From positions 163,928,001 through 163,992,000 of the forward strand of contig OX597817.1 in assembly GCA_951406725.2 (NCBI GenBank): a stretch of 64,000 bases of DNA. The letters are read 5' to 3'. The translations under genes were made by a program, and so were the position numbers. The notes under the pieces were generated by a model, which did not search any database, was not told the origin of the DNA, and worked only from the letters and a program-made list of their open reading frames with translations. Shown piece after piece: positions 1-13,059 of the stretch (position 1 is its first letter; each line of letters begins with the position of its first letter). Source of the stretch: Octopus vulgaris (taxonomy: Eukaryota).

Positions 1-690
1 TAAATAGCAGTTGTACTTGAAGTCTTTTCTCTTCGCCTGCCGAAAGCCTGAACTACATAAAGAACAAGAATAATGATGGAAGGAGATGATATTCCTCCGA
101 TATCATAAACCTTGCCTTCCATTATTAAAGACGAAAAGACAGCCCCGAGTCGAACAGAGTAGATAAAAGTCATCAATTGCCTATGTACTGTAGGGAGCGA
201 AGAACTTAAATAATTTACAGTAGTAACAAAGGAAGTTATTAACTAAATATATTTGCACGCAGATAAATTCAAACATTTAAATATAACATGACCAGCCTTG
301 TAGGTGCCATCATCGAAGTATGTATATACACATATAAAATATATATATTTATAAGCTGCAAAAAAGAAAATGTAAAATTGTTAAAATCTAAATAATCCTG
401 AGACGCCAGTCGTATGGTAAACAGTGAATTGGAAGATATCAGCATGTTTAAAGTATAGAACAATAGCAGAAATCTAAAACAATAAAAGTATTCCCAGAGG
501 AGTTAAAGATATCTCCGAATTATTTTCTATGCATTTTTTTTTTGTTCTGCGGCAACAAATACACACATACATACACAAGCGCGCACGCACACACATACAT
601 GTATGTACGTATATATTTATATATTTGTTGTGGAAAGAGAGAGAGGGAGAGAGAGAGGAGAGAGAGAGAGAAATGTTGAAAAGAAAGATA

Positions 691-713
691 ATGACGTCGC
701 TGACGTCACGTCA
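691..713. promoter_or_regulatory. Cluster of CRE/ATF-like motifs (TGACGTCG, TGACGTCA, CACGTCA) in a locally CpG-rich patch
   Basis: atgacgtcgctgacgtcacgtca with a perfect TGACGTCA at 701-708; another TGACGTC near 826. Function is not demonstrable from sequence. Confidence 0.25.
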
Positions 714-3009
714 AATGGATTCGACACTGGCTTCGAAAAACCGGCCGCCCAGCTAAAAGTATCTACACAGGTTAAGTAATATACGCTGATGATGCTATTA
801 TAGATTCCTGTCACCGATGACATGTTGACGTCGGGATGTTTCCCAGCGTGAAGAGCTCCCGAAAGAATATTTTATCAATAGACTTGTTGTCAAAACTAGC
901 AGGATTGATATATTAACTCTTTAATGTGTCATTCAAGTTGTCAATGAGAAGGTCACGGTAATGGATGACAAATACTTTTGAATCAGAAACATTCAATCAA
1001 ATCTCTAATCAAAACTGAGCGGGAAAGACACCTTCCAAATGATTTTTAGTAGCTCAATTAATTAATTCAGTTCCTATTGTTGTTTAAAGATAACTTTGTT
1101 TTATTTGTTGCTGCAACAAACAATTTAAGGACCCTTTTTCTGAAAATAATTTCTGCTTTATCAAATGATGGCCTTAAACAATAACTGTTTAATGATGGTT
1201 TTAAACTATTTACATCAATATCATTACACCGACCTTATAACTATAACATCATTACAATCATAATGAGACAAGGAGAATACTCTACCCTAGATGTGAAGAA
1301 ATCGTTGCCCATGGGCCTAATGTGACTACATAAAAATTTTAAACTATCCGCTGAGGAAGTAACTCATAAGAAATAAGTCATACGAAATAACAAATGACTG
1401 GTTTGGTAGACCAAAATGTTATAATTTATTATAAGTTATAATTTATTATAATTTATTATAACTTGCAATTTAATGAATTTGTAAAATTAAAGATCGTTAT
1501 TTTTCTCGGCATAGATGCACCTATCCAGGTTCTTGTCCCCTTGCAAACAGTAACGGAGCTGGGAGTTAGTGGAGAAGTCCACTTCGAGATACGCTTTCAT
1601 GTGGGCGGCACTTTTGGATCTGCTGTATGATCCTGAATAGGCTCGGGATAGGTGAAGTGGTGGGGGCAAACTCAAGAGCTGCCCCGGGCGGCGCAAATTC
1701 TAGCTACATCATTGCTTTCAAATCACCTTTGACACATCTTTTACGTGGTCGGTCAACCGGTCCGAAATAACAGTCAAATTTCTTTCTTTTAAAATGAAGG
1801 GTACAATTGATAATAGAATCCTAGTAGGCTGCTATTTTGAGCACATCAAGGGACCATGTGGAAGTTCCTTGTTATCTTGTTTACATTGTGTTTAGATGTT
1901 AATGTACGTATTCAATGAAGATTAATAAGACTTTTTTTGCAGCAAAAGCCCCTGAAGTTTTAAATATTTGACGTATTTCTGTTAGAAATACATTTTATTA
2001 TTTATTTATTTATTTTTATCTAGCTTCAGCTCACAGGCTGTGGCCATGCTAGGGCACCGCCATTTCACATTTAATGAAACATAGCAGATATTTGAGAAAT
2101 AGAGACGAGATGAGATAGGAGAGAATGAAGAGATAAGAAAAGAAAATAGAAGATAGAAAGATTTATTTTTAAAGAAAAGCATTTTCCTTCTCACATAATC
2201 AAATCATTTTGTGAAGATGAAATGCAATATATTTCATAATTCGTGGTAGCGGTTTTCTTATTTTTTTTTTTACTTTTTCCCCTCCTTTTGTCTGTGTTCT
2301 ATGTAGAACAGCAAATAATTAAATTGAGAGAATATTACGTTACCTTGGGTACGGAAACAGAAAGCTTCAGATGCATTTTGTTCATTGTAACATAAATTTT
2401 CTTCGAATAATGAAAGGAAGCAGTGATGACCTGTGATATTCTCGTATTGTATTTGTCTACATTCTCCACAAACATTTAATGCTTATTCGTTTTGTTTCCA
2501 CCGAAGAACAAAGCACGTGAATATGCACCCATTGTTCAATGCTGCTCTGCATTTGTTAGTGTAATGTTATACAAATAACAAACTAAAGGCCATATGGTAA
2601 AACAAAAATAACAAACAACATGTTCAAGTTTTCCAATAACACAACTTTCGACAATAACACGTAACACTTGACTGAAAATGTCAGTGAGAATGCGTTTACA
2701 GCGCAGATCACTCAGTTGTATATAATAGAATATATATACGGTTTCTCTTAACATAAACACTGGTAAAATCAGTATACTGAGTAAATATTGCTGGTACACA
2801 TTAAGAACGTTGTATAGTCTTTCATAAATAAAAGTGTTTATCAGAAAAGTTCTGGTTCCAGTAGAAAACAAAACTACATTGCAAATATGGCCGACCATCC
2901 ATTCGTTCAATGTTTATTGTACTTTTGCATTTCAAATGCCAACCATCTGGATACGTTCAGCTGAGTTAAAAATGTTATTTAATAAAATTGTTCCTAGTTT
3001 TTGCACAAG

Positions 3010-3290
3010 GTCAGCACTTTAGAGGGACAAGCCGATACCATCCACCCAAGTACTTGACTGGTACTTTACTGTATGCATCCCGAGGTGGATGAAAGGCAAA
3101 GTGGTACTGCATTTTATAAATACCCGGAATGAGGTAAAGATGAAAGGTAAAATGCTGCTTTATTATATATATCGCGGCCGAAGATATGAAAGACAAAGTC
3201 GGCTTCAGTAGGATTTGAAATCATTAATTAAAGAGCCGGAAAGAATCCTGCAAAGCAATTTTTCCGAAGCTCTAACGATTCTGCCAACGT
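3010..3290 (-). mobile_element. Degenerate SINE family A copy with internally repeated core
   Basis: Diverged matches to gatgaaaggcaaagtcg...ctaacgattctgcca; the gatgaaagg segment occurs about three times. Confidence 0.6.
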
Positions 3291-3294
3291 TTTT

Positions 3295-3740
3295 CTACTC
3301 CTGGGTCTCCTGCCAGTTAGCTCGGCGAGAAGAATCCATCATGGAATTCTTTCCTGTGACATTCTGATCACATGTCTAAAGTAGTGAAACTGTGACCTTT
3401 CAATACGGAGAAGTAGGGCTCAGCCTGGAAAGACACCCTGATCCCCGAGCTACGCACCGTGTCGAGTAACGTTACTTAAGAGATCCTTCAGAGAAACCCC
3501 ATTCGATTAGAATATCGGAGCAAAGAATCGCCAGACGGATTATTCCAGCCGGGCCATCAGGTAATAGACCTAGATGTAGACCAAAACGAGAGGAGTGAAT
3601 AATATCCATAGCCTCAGTTAATCATGTTTGGGAATCAAACAGGAAAGTCTGATGGCAGATGCTTCTGATAGGACCTTGTGAAGGAGGTGCTTGAGGACTC
3701 CTCACGACCCTCCCAGGAATATTGGGCGAAGATGGATGGC
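3295..3740 (+). mobile_element. RTE-clade LINE 3' fragment with an inverted 5' piece
   Basis: Minus strand near 3330-3403 reads IERSQFHYFRHVIRMSQERIP; plus strand near 3510-3595 reads RISEQRIARRIIPAGPSGNRPRCRPK. Both resemble the RTE C-terminal RWFGHV.RM...GxRxRGRP motif. Ends in gatggatgg. Confidence 0.65.
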
Positions 3741-4712
3741 TATATTTATTTTGGCTTTTATATGAAGAGTAGAAATAGAATTCTTAGATTTGAGAGATTT
3801 CTCTTTTGGTATACCATATTAAATGTTATCTTCCAAGCTATTTGCTATTTGAATTACATTTTCAGTAATGTCAGGATCTCGGCAATCAGTAATACGAGAT
3901 ATGATAAGAGCAGTCTTATATCGTTTCATTTTTTTTTTATTTTATGCTTATGTACATTTTATTTATTTATTATTATATATATATATATTTATTTTTTTTT
4001 TTTTGGTAATCTGGTACCGAAAATGTGAGTAGTAAAATGTCACAAACAAGAAACGTGTTAAAAATGAAGGATACAATGGCGGTGATAGAGTTACAAAAAC
4101 ATGCTTCTGTTTTGATATGTACATATTTTCTTTCGTTTATTATCTCCACGGAGAAGTCACGTATTTTAATTTTCCCTTGAATCCTAAAGAATGGATTACA
4201 TGACACTGATCAACGTCACGGGGTCAAGCCTAAATACTTTTCGTACTATAATCTGCTTAATCTACTTATAAATTTATGAATAGTGTCTGAGAAGTTCGTT
4301 CGCAAAATCAAAAACAGACTCTGCTTGTCAAAGTCTGATCTAATTTATTTAACATGTAATACTTGCATAAAAGATAATTCATCAGATGTACAAACGGTGC
4401 ACTCATACACACACACGTATGTATGTATGTGTGTATGTATGAATAGATACAAAAAACTAAATATATTTAGGAAATAAACACATATGTACATGACTATAGA
4501 TATTTATATATATAGACAAATAAATTCTCATTTACATGGAACATAAAAAATACGGAATACTAAGGCGAGAATGCATAGTATTTTTAACTCGATAGCTGTT
4601 ACTAGAAGCTCGAAATTACGTAATAATCGCATTGCCCATAATTAGCAGATGGCATGTACAAGAAGTCAAGTATATGCAACCAAACCAGTAAATGTCGCAT
4701 ACAAACATTATG

Positions 4713-4740
<28 letters not shown>

Positions 4741-4745
<5 letters not shown>

Positions 4746-5100
4746 TATTAGAGACAAAACCACTATTTTGCAAATCAATACATAAAAAATTTTAATATAA
4801 AGTAAATAAATCACCACTACAATTGTTTCCTGTCTTCAAATGACATTCATCATAACTTTAAAATTGAATAGAAGATATGAAATCCACCTGATGAATGTCA
4901 TTTGAAGACAGGAAACAATTGTAGTGGCGATTTATTTACTTTATATTAAAATTTTTTATGTATTGATTAAGTCTTTCCTTGTTTGATTTGCAAAATAGTG
5001 GTTTTGTCTCTAATTAATATTATATATATATTTTACTATAAAATTGGATTCAATCCTAAATCTGATTTTTCCCTGTAAATTTGGATTTATTCACTAATAT

Positions 5101-5112
<12 letters not shown>
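4741..5112. mobile_element. Hammerhead-bearing Penelope-pLTR/retrozyme-like element, family 1, inverted pair in (TA)n
   Basis: 4741-4852 is the reverse complement of about 4889-5021 (small deletion in the left arm); (TA)n on both sides; near-identical copy at 23898-24208. Confidence 0.8.
4884..4927 (+). ncRNA. Type I minimal hammerhead ribozyme
   Basis: CCAC-CTGATGA-aTGTC atttgaa GACAg-GAAAC-AATT-GTA-GTGG: stem I CCAC/GTGG, intact core, stem II TGTC/GACA, palindromic stem III ACAATTGT, GUA site. Confidence 0.85.
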
Positions 5113-5131
<19 letters not shown>

Positions 5132-5139
5132 TATATATT

Positions 5140-5273
5140 AACCAAATTCACTCACAAGGCAGTCGTCAGCCCGAGGCTAGAGAAGAAGACGTCTGCCCAA
5201 AGTACTGCGCAGTGGGACTGAACCCGAAACCTCGTGGTTACAAAGCAAGCTTCTTAAACACGAAGCCTTGCCT
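5140..5273 (-). mobile_element. SINE family B 5' fragment
   Basis: Matches aaattcactcacaaggc...gcagtgggactgaaccc of the fuller copies. Confidence 0.7.
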
Positions 5274-5635
5274 ATGTTTATATATTTTATCTTAAATAAT
5301 TTTTTATTTTATCGGGAAGACTATCTCTGAAGTCATTAATGCTATTGATGTGTGACGTCAAATGAGGAGAGAGTCATAGGCACGAGAGCAATGTTAAAAT
5401 GAGAGTTGATATTTCTATTTCTTTTATGTATGTTTATAATTGTGATACTATTGTTCATTGCAATGAAAATTATGCTGGTTTAAGGGCATCATATCGTGTG
5501 CCAAGTGTCAATGACATCTCAGTTACAACAGAAATTCGGTAGACTTGATAAGGTACCACCATCTAACATAACAGATGAGAAAGTATGACACACCAAAATT
5601 GTCATAATTTTTTGTTTTAATAAAGGCAGAATTTA

Positions 5636-5852
5636 AGACGGTGAGCTGGCAGAATTGATACCGCTTCGAACAAAATGTTTAGCGGCATTTCTTCTGATTT
5701 TACGTTCTGAGTTCAAATCCCACCGGGATCGATTTTGCCTTTCATCCTTTCGGGGTCGATAAAATAAGTACCAGTTGAGAACTGCGGGACGATGTAGTCG
5801 ACTTACCACCTCCCCAGAAATTGTTGGCCTTGTCCTAAAATTTGAAACCAAT
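5636..5852 (+). mobile_element. tRNA-derived SINE family A (Meta-domain-like core), older tail type
   Basis: Head gagctggcagaa...gagttcaaatcc (Pol III box A/B-like); core tttgcctttcatcctttcggggtcgataaaataagtacc. Confidence 0.8.
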
Positions 5853-5874
5853 ATAGGTGGACTATTTGTGAGAA

Positions 5875-6258
5875 TTCTTTCTACTTATAAATACAAGGCC
5901 TAGAATTTTGGAAGAGGGGACCAGTCAATTACATCGAACCTGGTACTCTACAAGTACACATGTTATCGACCCGAAGAGATAAAAAGGAAAAGTCTACCTC
6001 AATATGAAAAGAGCGAGAGGAAATACCTATTTCTTTACTACCCACAAGGGGCTAAACACAGAGAGGACAAACAAGGACAGACAAACGGATTAAGTCGATT
6101 ATATCGACCCCAGTGCTTAACTGGTACTTAATTTATCGACCCCGAAAGGATGAAAGGTAAAGTTAACCTCGGCGTAATTTGAACACCGAACGTAACGGCA
6201 GTCGAAATACCGCTCAGCATTTTGTCCGGCGTGCTACCGGTTTTGCTAGTTCGCCGCT
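5875..6258 (-). mobile_element. Composite SINE family A (young unit joined to an older unit)
   Basis: Junction gaaatacctatttcttt at about 6020-6036. Confidence 0.8.
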
Positions 6259-8079
6259 TTGTGGGATATTTATGAAACTTAAAAGTCAATTTATGTGAAA
6301 ATTAACTAATCAGAACCTAGAATATGAAGACTTGTTGATTGTTAACTAAAATGGTCAAGTGGAACTGGTTGTAGTTAAGAAATTGTTGATATCCTTGACG
6401 TTGTTGGGCCTCGAGTCGGCTCTGGTCAAGTAAATATGGATCAAAGACAGTCAACCCATGAACATCGTGACACATAAATAGTGTACAGCAGACTATGTTA
6501 TCCAAAATGACATGTTTTAAGATGGTTTGAAGAAGATTCGTCTACTATTTTTAACCAGTCGAGCGACCATATAGAGGTTTCTTCATTAGCTTGTAATAAG
6601 GAGCTTAGATGTAGAAGTAAAAAATATATAGAGAACGTAAAAAGAAAACAGTAAAGGGGCAGAGTAGGGATACGAATGACCTGCAGAAGGATTAGATAAC
6701 AAGACGAGGCTTAAATGAATAACTGAAGATCAGTAGCTTTAGCGAAATATAAAATAGAGAAGAAGCATATATGATATAGTGTATTACAACAGGGTTTCTT
6801 AATAAGACTATTTTATTTCCCTTGTGATGGGGATGAACTTCTTTGGAGGTGAAAATAGGAGAATATTTCACTGAAAGTGGGTTTATTTTTATTCAGACAA
6901 GGAGTAAAATTATTTTCGAATTATCCATCAAAATTGATCATTAAAAGTCTATAAAACACTATATTTAAAGTCGTCGACCGAAATTGCAGAAATAATTGTC
7001 TGTTTTCTATTATGCTATTTAGTTGAGACAAATTGGATGTGTACAAAAGGGGTGAGATATCTCTTACACTCAACGACATTAAACCGAAAATTGCATATTT
7101 AGTAACAAACATCGGTTTCAAGTACCTCATTAAATAAAATAGTGAGTTAAAAATGTCGTTTTAGTATTTCACTGTTTTGTGCGGAGAGAGTGATCTGAAA
7201 ACAGAATTGGCAAAAAGTTTCCAGAGGGCGATGATTGAAAAAAAATGTTGAGGACTATTATGTTGGATGAAGAAGATAAGGAAAGCAAATGCTTGGCGGG
7301 TATGTGATAAGTAACAAGATGGTAGCTAGGAGAGAATGAAATGGTATGGGAATGGGTGTCTGAAGATAAGTAGTAATGGAGGGAATATGGAACAAAGTGT
7401 AAAAAAGTGATGGTGATAGAGAGTTATATGAAGAGGAGAAGAGAATAAGTGGGGAATGACACATAAAGAGTAAATAAAACAGGAATTTGTCGAAAATCTT
7501 GAGCAGACAGATATGGTACAGTAAACGAAAGAAAAATATAGTCTTGATAAACAGAAGTTAGAAATAGGAACATAGTAATATGAAAGCATAAGGAAACGAG
7601 AAAGAACGATAAAACTATGAAAACAAACTAATGATGTACGGTATTTGCAGAGTAATTGAGTATCATAAAAACTGCCGAATTTCTTATAGATAATGTTCGT
7701 CGTTTGCAACGGTTGATGTAGGATATATTATGGGAACCAATGTAAGAAATAGAAATTATGCTCACTAAACGATGTGTAATGATGGGTTTTGAAGCAGAAG
7801 AAAATCTTCCCGGCCTGGGTATTTAGCAACCTCAATGACTCTTGTACGATGTGAACGGAGGAAGTTTCGAGAGAAAACTATTTATAAAAAGTAGTAATTT
7901 GGATGCAGCTCAATAATAAACTAAAGTTGAATATAAGAATTGAAGAATTCTGTACATGTATGTGTGTGTGTGGGGGGGGGGTTTATCGTAGATATTACAT
8001 ACTGGAGAAAAGGAAGTATGGATAATTATAAAGATTGCTGTTTTGTTTTCATGCATTCTATAGACTAAATAAATGGTTT

Positions 8080-8504
8080 CTAATTTAGGTACAAATCCAA
8101 CAATACTGAGGGAAGGAGAATAATCGATACTATCGACCTACTTACTTGTACGTGTACTTCATATGTCAAGTACCCATTTGACTGGTACTTTATTTCACTG
8201 ACCTTGGAGAGATGAAAAACGGAGTTGACCTCAATGAGATTTGAACTCAGAATATAAAGATTCAAAAGAAATGCCTATTTCTTTACTACCCACAAGGGGC
8301 TAAACACAGAGGGGGAAAACAAGGACAGACAAACGGATTAATTCGATTATATCGACCCCAGTGTGTAACTGGTACTTAATTTATCGACCCCGAAAGGATG
8401 AAAGGCAAAGTCGACCTCGGCGGAATTTGAACTAAGAACGTAACGGCAGGCGAAATACGGCTAAAGCATTTTCCCAACGTGCTAACGATTCTGCCAGCTC
8501 ACCA
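8080..8504 (-). mobile_element. Composite SINE family A
   Basis: Junction gaaatgcctatttcttt at about 8268-8284; full young unit 8277-8504. Confidence 0.8.
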
Positions 8505-9349
8505 TTTGCAAAACAAAAACAAGTTACTCTCCTCCAAATCTGAACATTATAGAGAAAAACTTATAAAGACAGAATGTGGAATTTGGGCACACTAGAAAAT
8601 TTGTAAAGGATACAAGAAGGGATTAAACCGGGAAAGTTCTCATTTAAAGATGCTAACGGTATAACTCACTGATTAAATTCCCCTGGTTTCCTTCTCTCTC
8701 CTCTTCTTCGAACTCGATCTAAGTTTCAGCCTCGGGCGGCGGTGGACTCTGACAGGGAGCAATAGTTGCTCTGCCTCATCTACTGGACATGTCAGCAGGG
8801 TTTACTAAAGTAGAGCAGAGTTCAACCGGTACATTGTTCCAGGACTCTGAGAGCCAAAGAAGAGGCACGCGAATATCTGATGAGTCCACCTCAAAATCAA
8901 AACAAAAAATATCACAGCCCCCTTCAAATACCAAAAGGAGGCACTCTCACCGGAGCCTGAAGGGAGTCATTCCTCCTTGCGAAATGTCTTTCCCAGTCTT
9001 TGGATGGAAAGGACACACTTAAAACACAAAATCACCTCCAAGCAAACATCAAGAACACGTAAAAACACTGCGAGTATTATGCCATTCTAAAAATACAAAC
9101 ACTTCCAAGTGAGCCCTCTAGCTTTTATTGTGTTATCTAAAGGGTAATGCAATATTTGTCGATGGTGGTTGGTTGGCTGGTTGGTTGGTATATAGGTGAG
9201 TTTGTTGAAATAGGGGACGGGAGCCTCAAAACTGTAACTGGGTTGTTGTTATAAATATTCTCACATAACATTGTGTGGCCCATGATGAATCACTTAAAAC
9301 GATATACATTCCTCAGCATTTTGTTGTTTAAACACATTTCAGTACATGT

Positions 9350-9378
9350 ACACACACATACACACACACCCATACACA

Positions 9379-9451
<73 letters not shown>

Positions 9452-9527
9452 GTATATACATACAAATACAAAGACATATAGACGCAAACACATATGTATA
9501 TGTGTGTATTTATATGTCTGCGTGTGT

Positions 9528-9587
<60 letters not shown>

Positions 9588-9592
9588 ATATA
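9350..9592. repeat. Compound (CA)n/(TA)n microsatellite
   Basis: Seen directly. Confidence 0.95.
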
Positions 9593-9776
9593 TTACGGAG
9601 ATGTACTCGCATAGCAAGTAATTTGATCTGAGATCGTGTGCTGAAACGAAAACAATTGCAGCGTGGAAGGTGTTTATAAGCCATTTATATATATTGATTT
9701 GCTGTTATTTGTCTCACACCATTTACTTCTCTGTCAACATTCTGTCCATGTAACTAAATAATACGCGTGTGTTTCA

Positions 9777-9925
9777 GACGGCGAGCTGGCAGAATCGCTA
9801 CCGCGCTGGACAAAAATGCTTAGCAGCTTTTCTTCTGGCTTAACGTTCTGAGTTCAAATACCATCAAGTTCGAATTTGCCTTTCATTCTTTCGAAGCCGG
9901 TAAAATAGCTGCCAATACTAGAAAG
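9777..9925 (+). mobile_element. Degenerate SINE family A
   Basis: gacggcgagctggcagaatcg...ctgagttcaaa...gcctttcattctttcg. Confidence 0.7.
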
Positions 9926-10631
9926 GTATATGTATCTGTGCGCGTGCGTGTTATATCTGTATATCTCTGACTGCATCTATCATGTTTCATATCTCCCATT
10001 AATTTCAAACATCCTCTATATCTTTACGCTTGTTCTCTCACTCTTTCACACACACATACACACACACACACTGTATCTCTCCCCTTTTAATAGTTTCAGA
10101 GTTGCTTATCTCTTTCTCTCTTCATGAAGCTTCTTTTAAAGATGACATAAATATTGGGAAATGTACAAAAACGAGACACAATAAAAATTCACAAAGATAA
10201 GAAACAACTCCTACCTGCCTACACATATATATATATATATATATATATAATAGACAAAGTGATTTGAATGTCACTTTTGCTACCACCAGTGACAAGGTAA
10301 CCTTGCTTAAACAGTAATAATTATTTTGTTTTTCTTCGTGTAGCATTCTTCCAACTTCCTTCCACAGTGATTCTGATAACGTTTAGATTTGGCATCGCAT
10401 TTTACTAACGGAAAGTTTGCACTTCCTTCATGTAAATGTGATAAAAATACTATTTTTTAGCTTACACAGCTATTGCCTTGGAGATTAAATTTCATTGAAA
10501 ATAGAAGTAATTTTGTTTACTTTCAAGCACATCATGTATGCGCGAGTCTGTGTGGTTCAAATTCATACGGGAAACACACAACTAAAAATTTGCTGTTAAC
10601 TCCTACAATTTTGTTGCGTTAAATTGAAATC

Positions 10632-11015
10632 CTTTTTACTTATAGGAACAAGGCCTGAGATTTTTGTGTGAAGAGGACTAGTGAATTACATCAACTTCAG
10701 TGCTCAGATAGTACTTATTTTATCGACCTGAAAAGATGACAACAGAAGTCAACCTCGGCTGAATTTGAACTCAGGACATGCAGCCGGACGAAATACCTAT
10801 TTCTTTACTACCCACAAGGGGCTAAACACAGAGAGGACAAACAAGGACAGACAAACGGATTAAGTCGATTATATCGACCCCAATGCGTAACTGGTACTTA
10901 TTTAATCGACCCCGAAATGATAACAGGCAAAGTCGACCTCGGCGGAATTTGAACTCAGAACGTAGCGACAGACGAAATGCCACGAAACATTTTGTCTGGC
11001 ATGCTAGCTATTCTG
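10632..11015 (-). mobile_element. Composite SINE family A
   Basis: Junction gaaatacctatttcttt at about 10790-10806. Confidence 0.8.
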
Positions 11016-11394
11016 TTAGATTTGTCCAAATTTGGCCAAATGCGTGTTTTCAATATTTAATTTTGTTTGCAATAGCCAGTTCTTTTGGTTAAACTATCGT
11101 ATCTCCAGCTGCTTCAGATGCCAAGATATGAAAATTGTCAAAGTGTAGTACAACGGCTTAGCATTTTTCAAAGGTGTAGTAAGTCCCACATACGACAGTT
11201 TTACAAAAATATTTCTGACTGAAAATATCATACAAGCATGGAGTTACGATTTTATGCACCCAACAAAGTATTATTGTTAAGCTGAAACTGTTGCTAATGT
11301 AAAAATGGAATGGTGAAACTATTTTTCCGTTTTCTGAAAAAGCAACGTTTTGGGCTTACGACACTTTGGCATAATAGTAACGGTATATATATTT

Positions 11395-11578
11395 GATAGA
11401 TCGGTAGCCACTACACACATTTTTTTCTCTCCTCGTTTCTTTCTGTGTTCCTTTCTGTGGAAGAGCGTAGGCTCGAAACGTTAAAGACTTTTTCAATTCC
11501 CGAGCGTTATACTAATACGTCTGTTTGTTTTCTACACCACCTGTCTTCGTCCTTTGTGGGGGTTTTGTCGTGAATTCT

Positions 11579-11582
<4 letters not shown>
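11395..11582 (+). mobile_element. Hammerhead-like element, family 2a (variant core), ending in (TA)n
   Basis: Reverse-complement copy at 35184-35380. Motif at 11451-11486: CTTT-CTGTGGA-a-GAGC gtag GCTC-GAAAC-GTT-AAAG. Confidence 0.7.
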
Positions 11583-11632
<50 letters not shown>

Positions 11633-11633
<1 letters not shown>

Positions 11634-12078
11634 TTTCTACTATAGGCACAAGACCTAACATTTTGTGCGGAGAGAGCTAATCGATTACATTGACCTCATT
11701 GGCCAACAGCTACTTATTTCATCGACCCCGAAAGGATGAAAGGCAAAAGAGACATTGGCGGAACTTGAACACCGGACGGAAAAAAATCGGACGAAATGCC
11801 ACCAAGCATTTTGGCCGGCGTGCTAACGATTCTGCAGCTCACCGCCTTATTTTTCAATATAGAATCCTTTCTACTAAAGGGGCAAGACCCGAAATTTTGG
11901 AGGAAGAGACTAATCAATTACATCGACCTCGGTGCTTCACTGGTACTTAATTAGTCGACCCAGAAAGGATGAAAGGCAAGGTCGACCTCGGCGGAATTTG
12001 AATACAGAACGGAAAAACGGACGAAATACCGCTAATCCTGCTCGGCGTGCTAACGATTCTAGCAGCTCACCGCCTTAT
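11633..12078 (-). mobile_element. Two tandem SINE family A copies
   Basis: Units at about 11633-11848 and 11866-12076, each followed by ttattt(t)tcaatata. Confidence 0.8.
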
Positions 12079-13059
12079 TTTCAATATATGAAAAAAACAA
12101 AAATTAATGAGAAACAGAATGAAATCGCACCTAACCCCACTGGTTTCATATATTTCTTCCTGGTTGGCTTCTATTACAACATTAAAAAGCTTCGTAAACA
12201 GTCACAGTATAATGTTGCACAACCCCATAACTATGAATTTTTTTACTTCATGAAGAATTACTAACAGTGCTAATATATACATTTTTAAGATATTGGGCGA
12301 CTGAAACGGAAGACATATTTAATTACGCCCCTTTAATTTGAATCTTACCGAGAGAAGCCGATATACAGCAATCAAAGAGTAGTACGAAATTATGGCAATG
12401 TGCCAAATTTAGAAGTCACTAATAAAGTACATTTATGTGTTAATTAGAAAATGTAAGTTGTCTTGTCTGTGTCTTTATCATAATATATATTGTGCGTGAG
12501 TGAGAGAGGGGCATGTGTGTGAGTAGGGGAGTGTGTGTGAGTGGGGGAGTGAGTGTGAGTGAGGGAGTGTGTGTGTGTACTATGTAATGTAATTTGAGTA
12601 AGATGCTACTGCTATATCTAGCACGACGAGCGACAACACAGGCAGCCTGTCGCTTCTGCTGATCTTGCTTTTCACTCCCAGCTGGGTACCGAACAAGCAA
12701 GACTATGGCGTTTCAGCCACTTATTATTTTCTCTTAAGGTGCTAGGGTTTGATTGGAGGGACATTTGACGGATATTTCAAACATGGTCAAGCTGTCACTT
12801 GCTAATTGAACGGAACATTCAGTCTATTACTCTTAGTTAAATATAAAGCAAGATAGAGAGAGAGGGGGGGAAGAGAGAGGAGGGGAGAGAAAGAGAAGAG
12901 AGAGAGAGAGAAAGAGAGAGAGATGACATGAGGGTACGTAACTATCTACGTCTGACACATAAGCAATGATGGCTATTCTCCTTGTGTTCAAACACTCAGG
13001 ATATTTATCTTAGTTCTGCAAGTAACTATGATATTTCAATAAAGTAATCAAACAGAGAC

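Noticed and set aside
1346-1400. CTGAGGA...GAAAT hammerhead-like arrangement
   Set aside because: Stem II is imperfect and there is no convincing NUH site or stem I; at most a decayed relic.
4589-4630. GCTC-GAAAT-TACGTA-ATA-ATCG resembling a hammerhead 3' half
   Set aside because: No CUGANGA between the putative stems; it would need an assumed deletion.
6720-6760. CTGAAGA...GAAAT
   Set aside because: No stem I or stem II pairing; likely chance.
8875-8900. CTGATGAGTCC
   Set aside because: No downstream GGAC-GAAA partner found.
9273-9621. Low-complexity ORFs (poly-HT, YI, CV, I, N, YLSI) here and throughout, including 62941-63579
   Set aside because: They are translations of microsatellites, not genes.
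10883-11092. Recurrent ORFs such as MRNWYL..RPRKDERQSRPRRNLNSER
   Set aside because: They are the antisense reading of SINE family A; recurrence reflects copy number.
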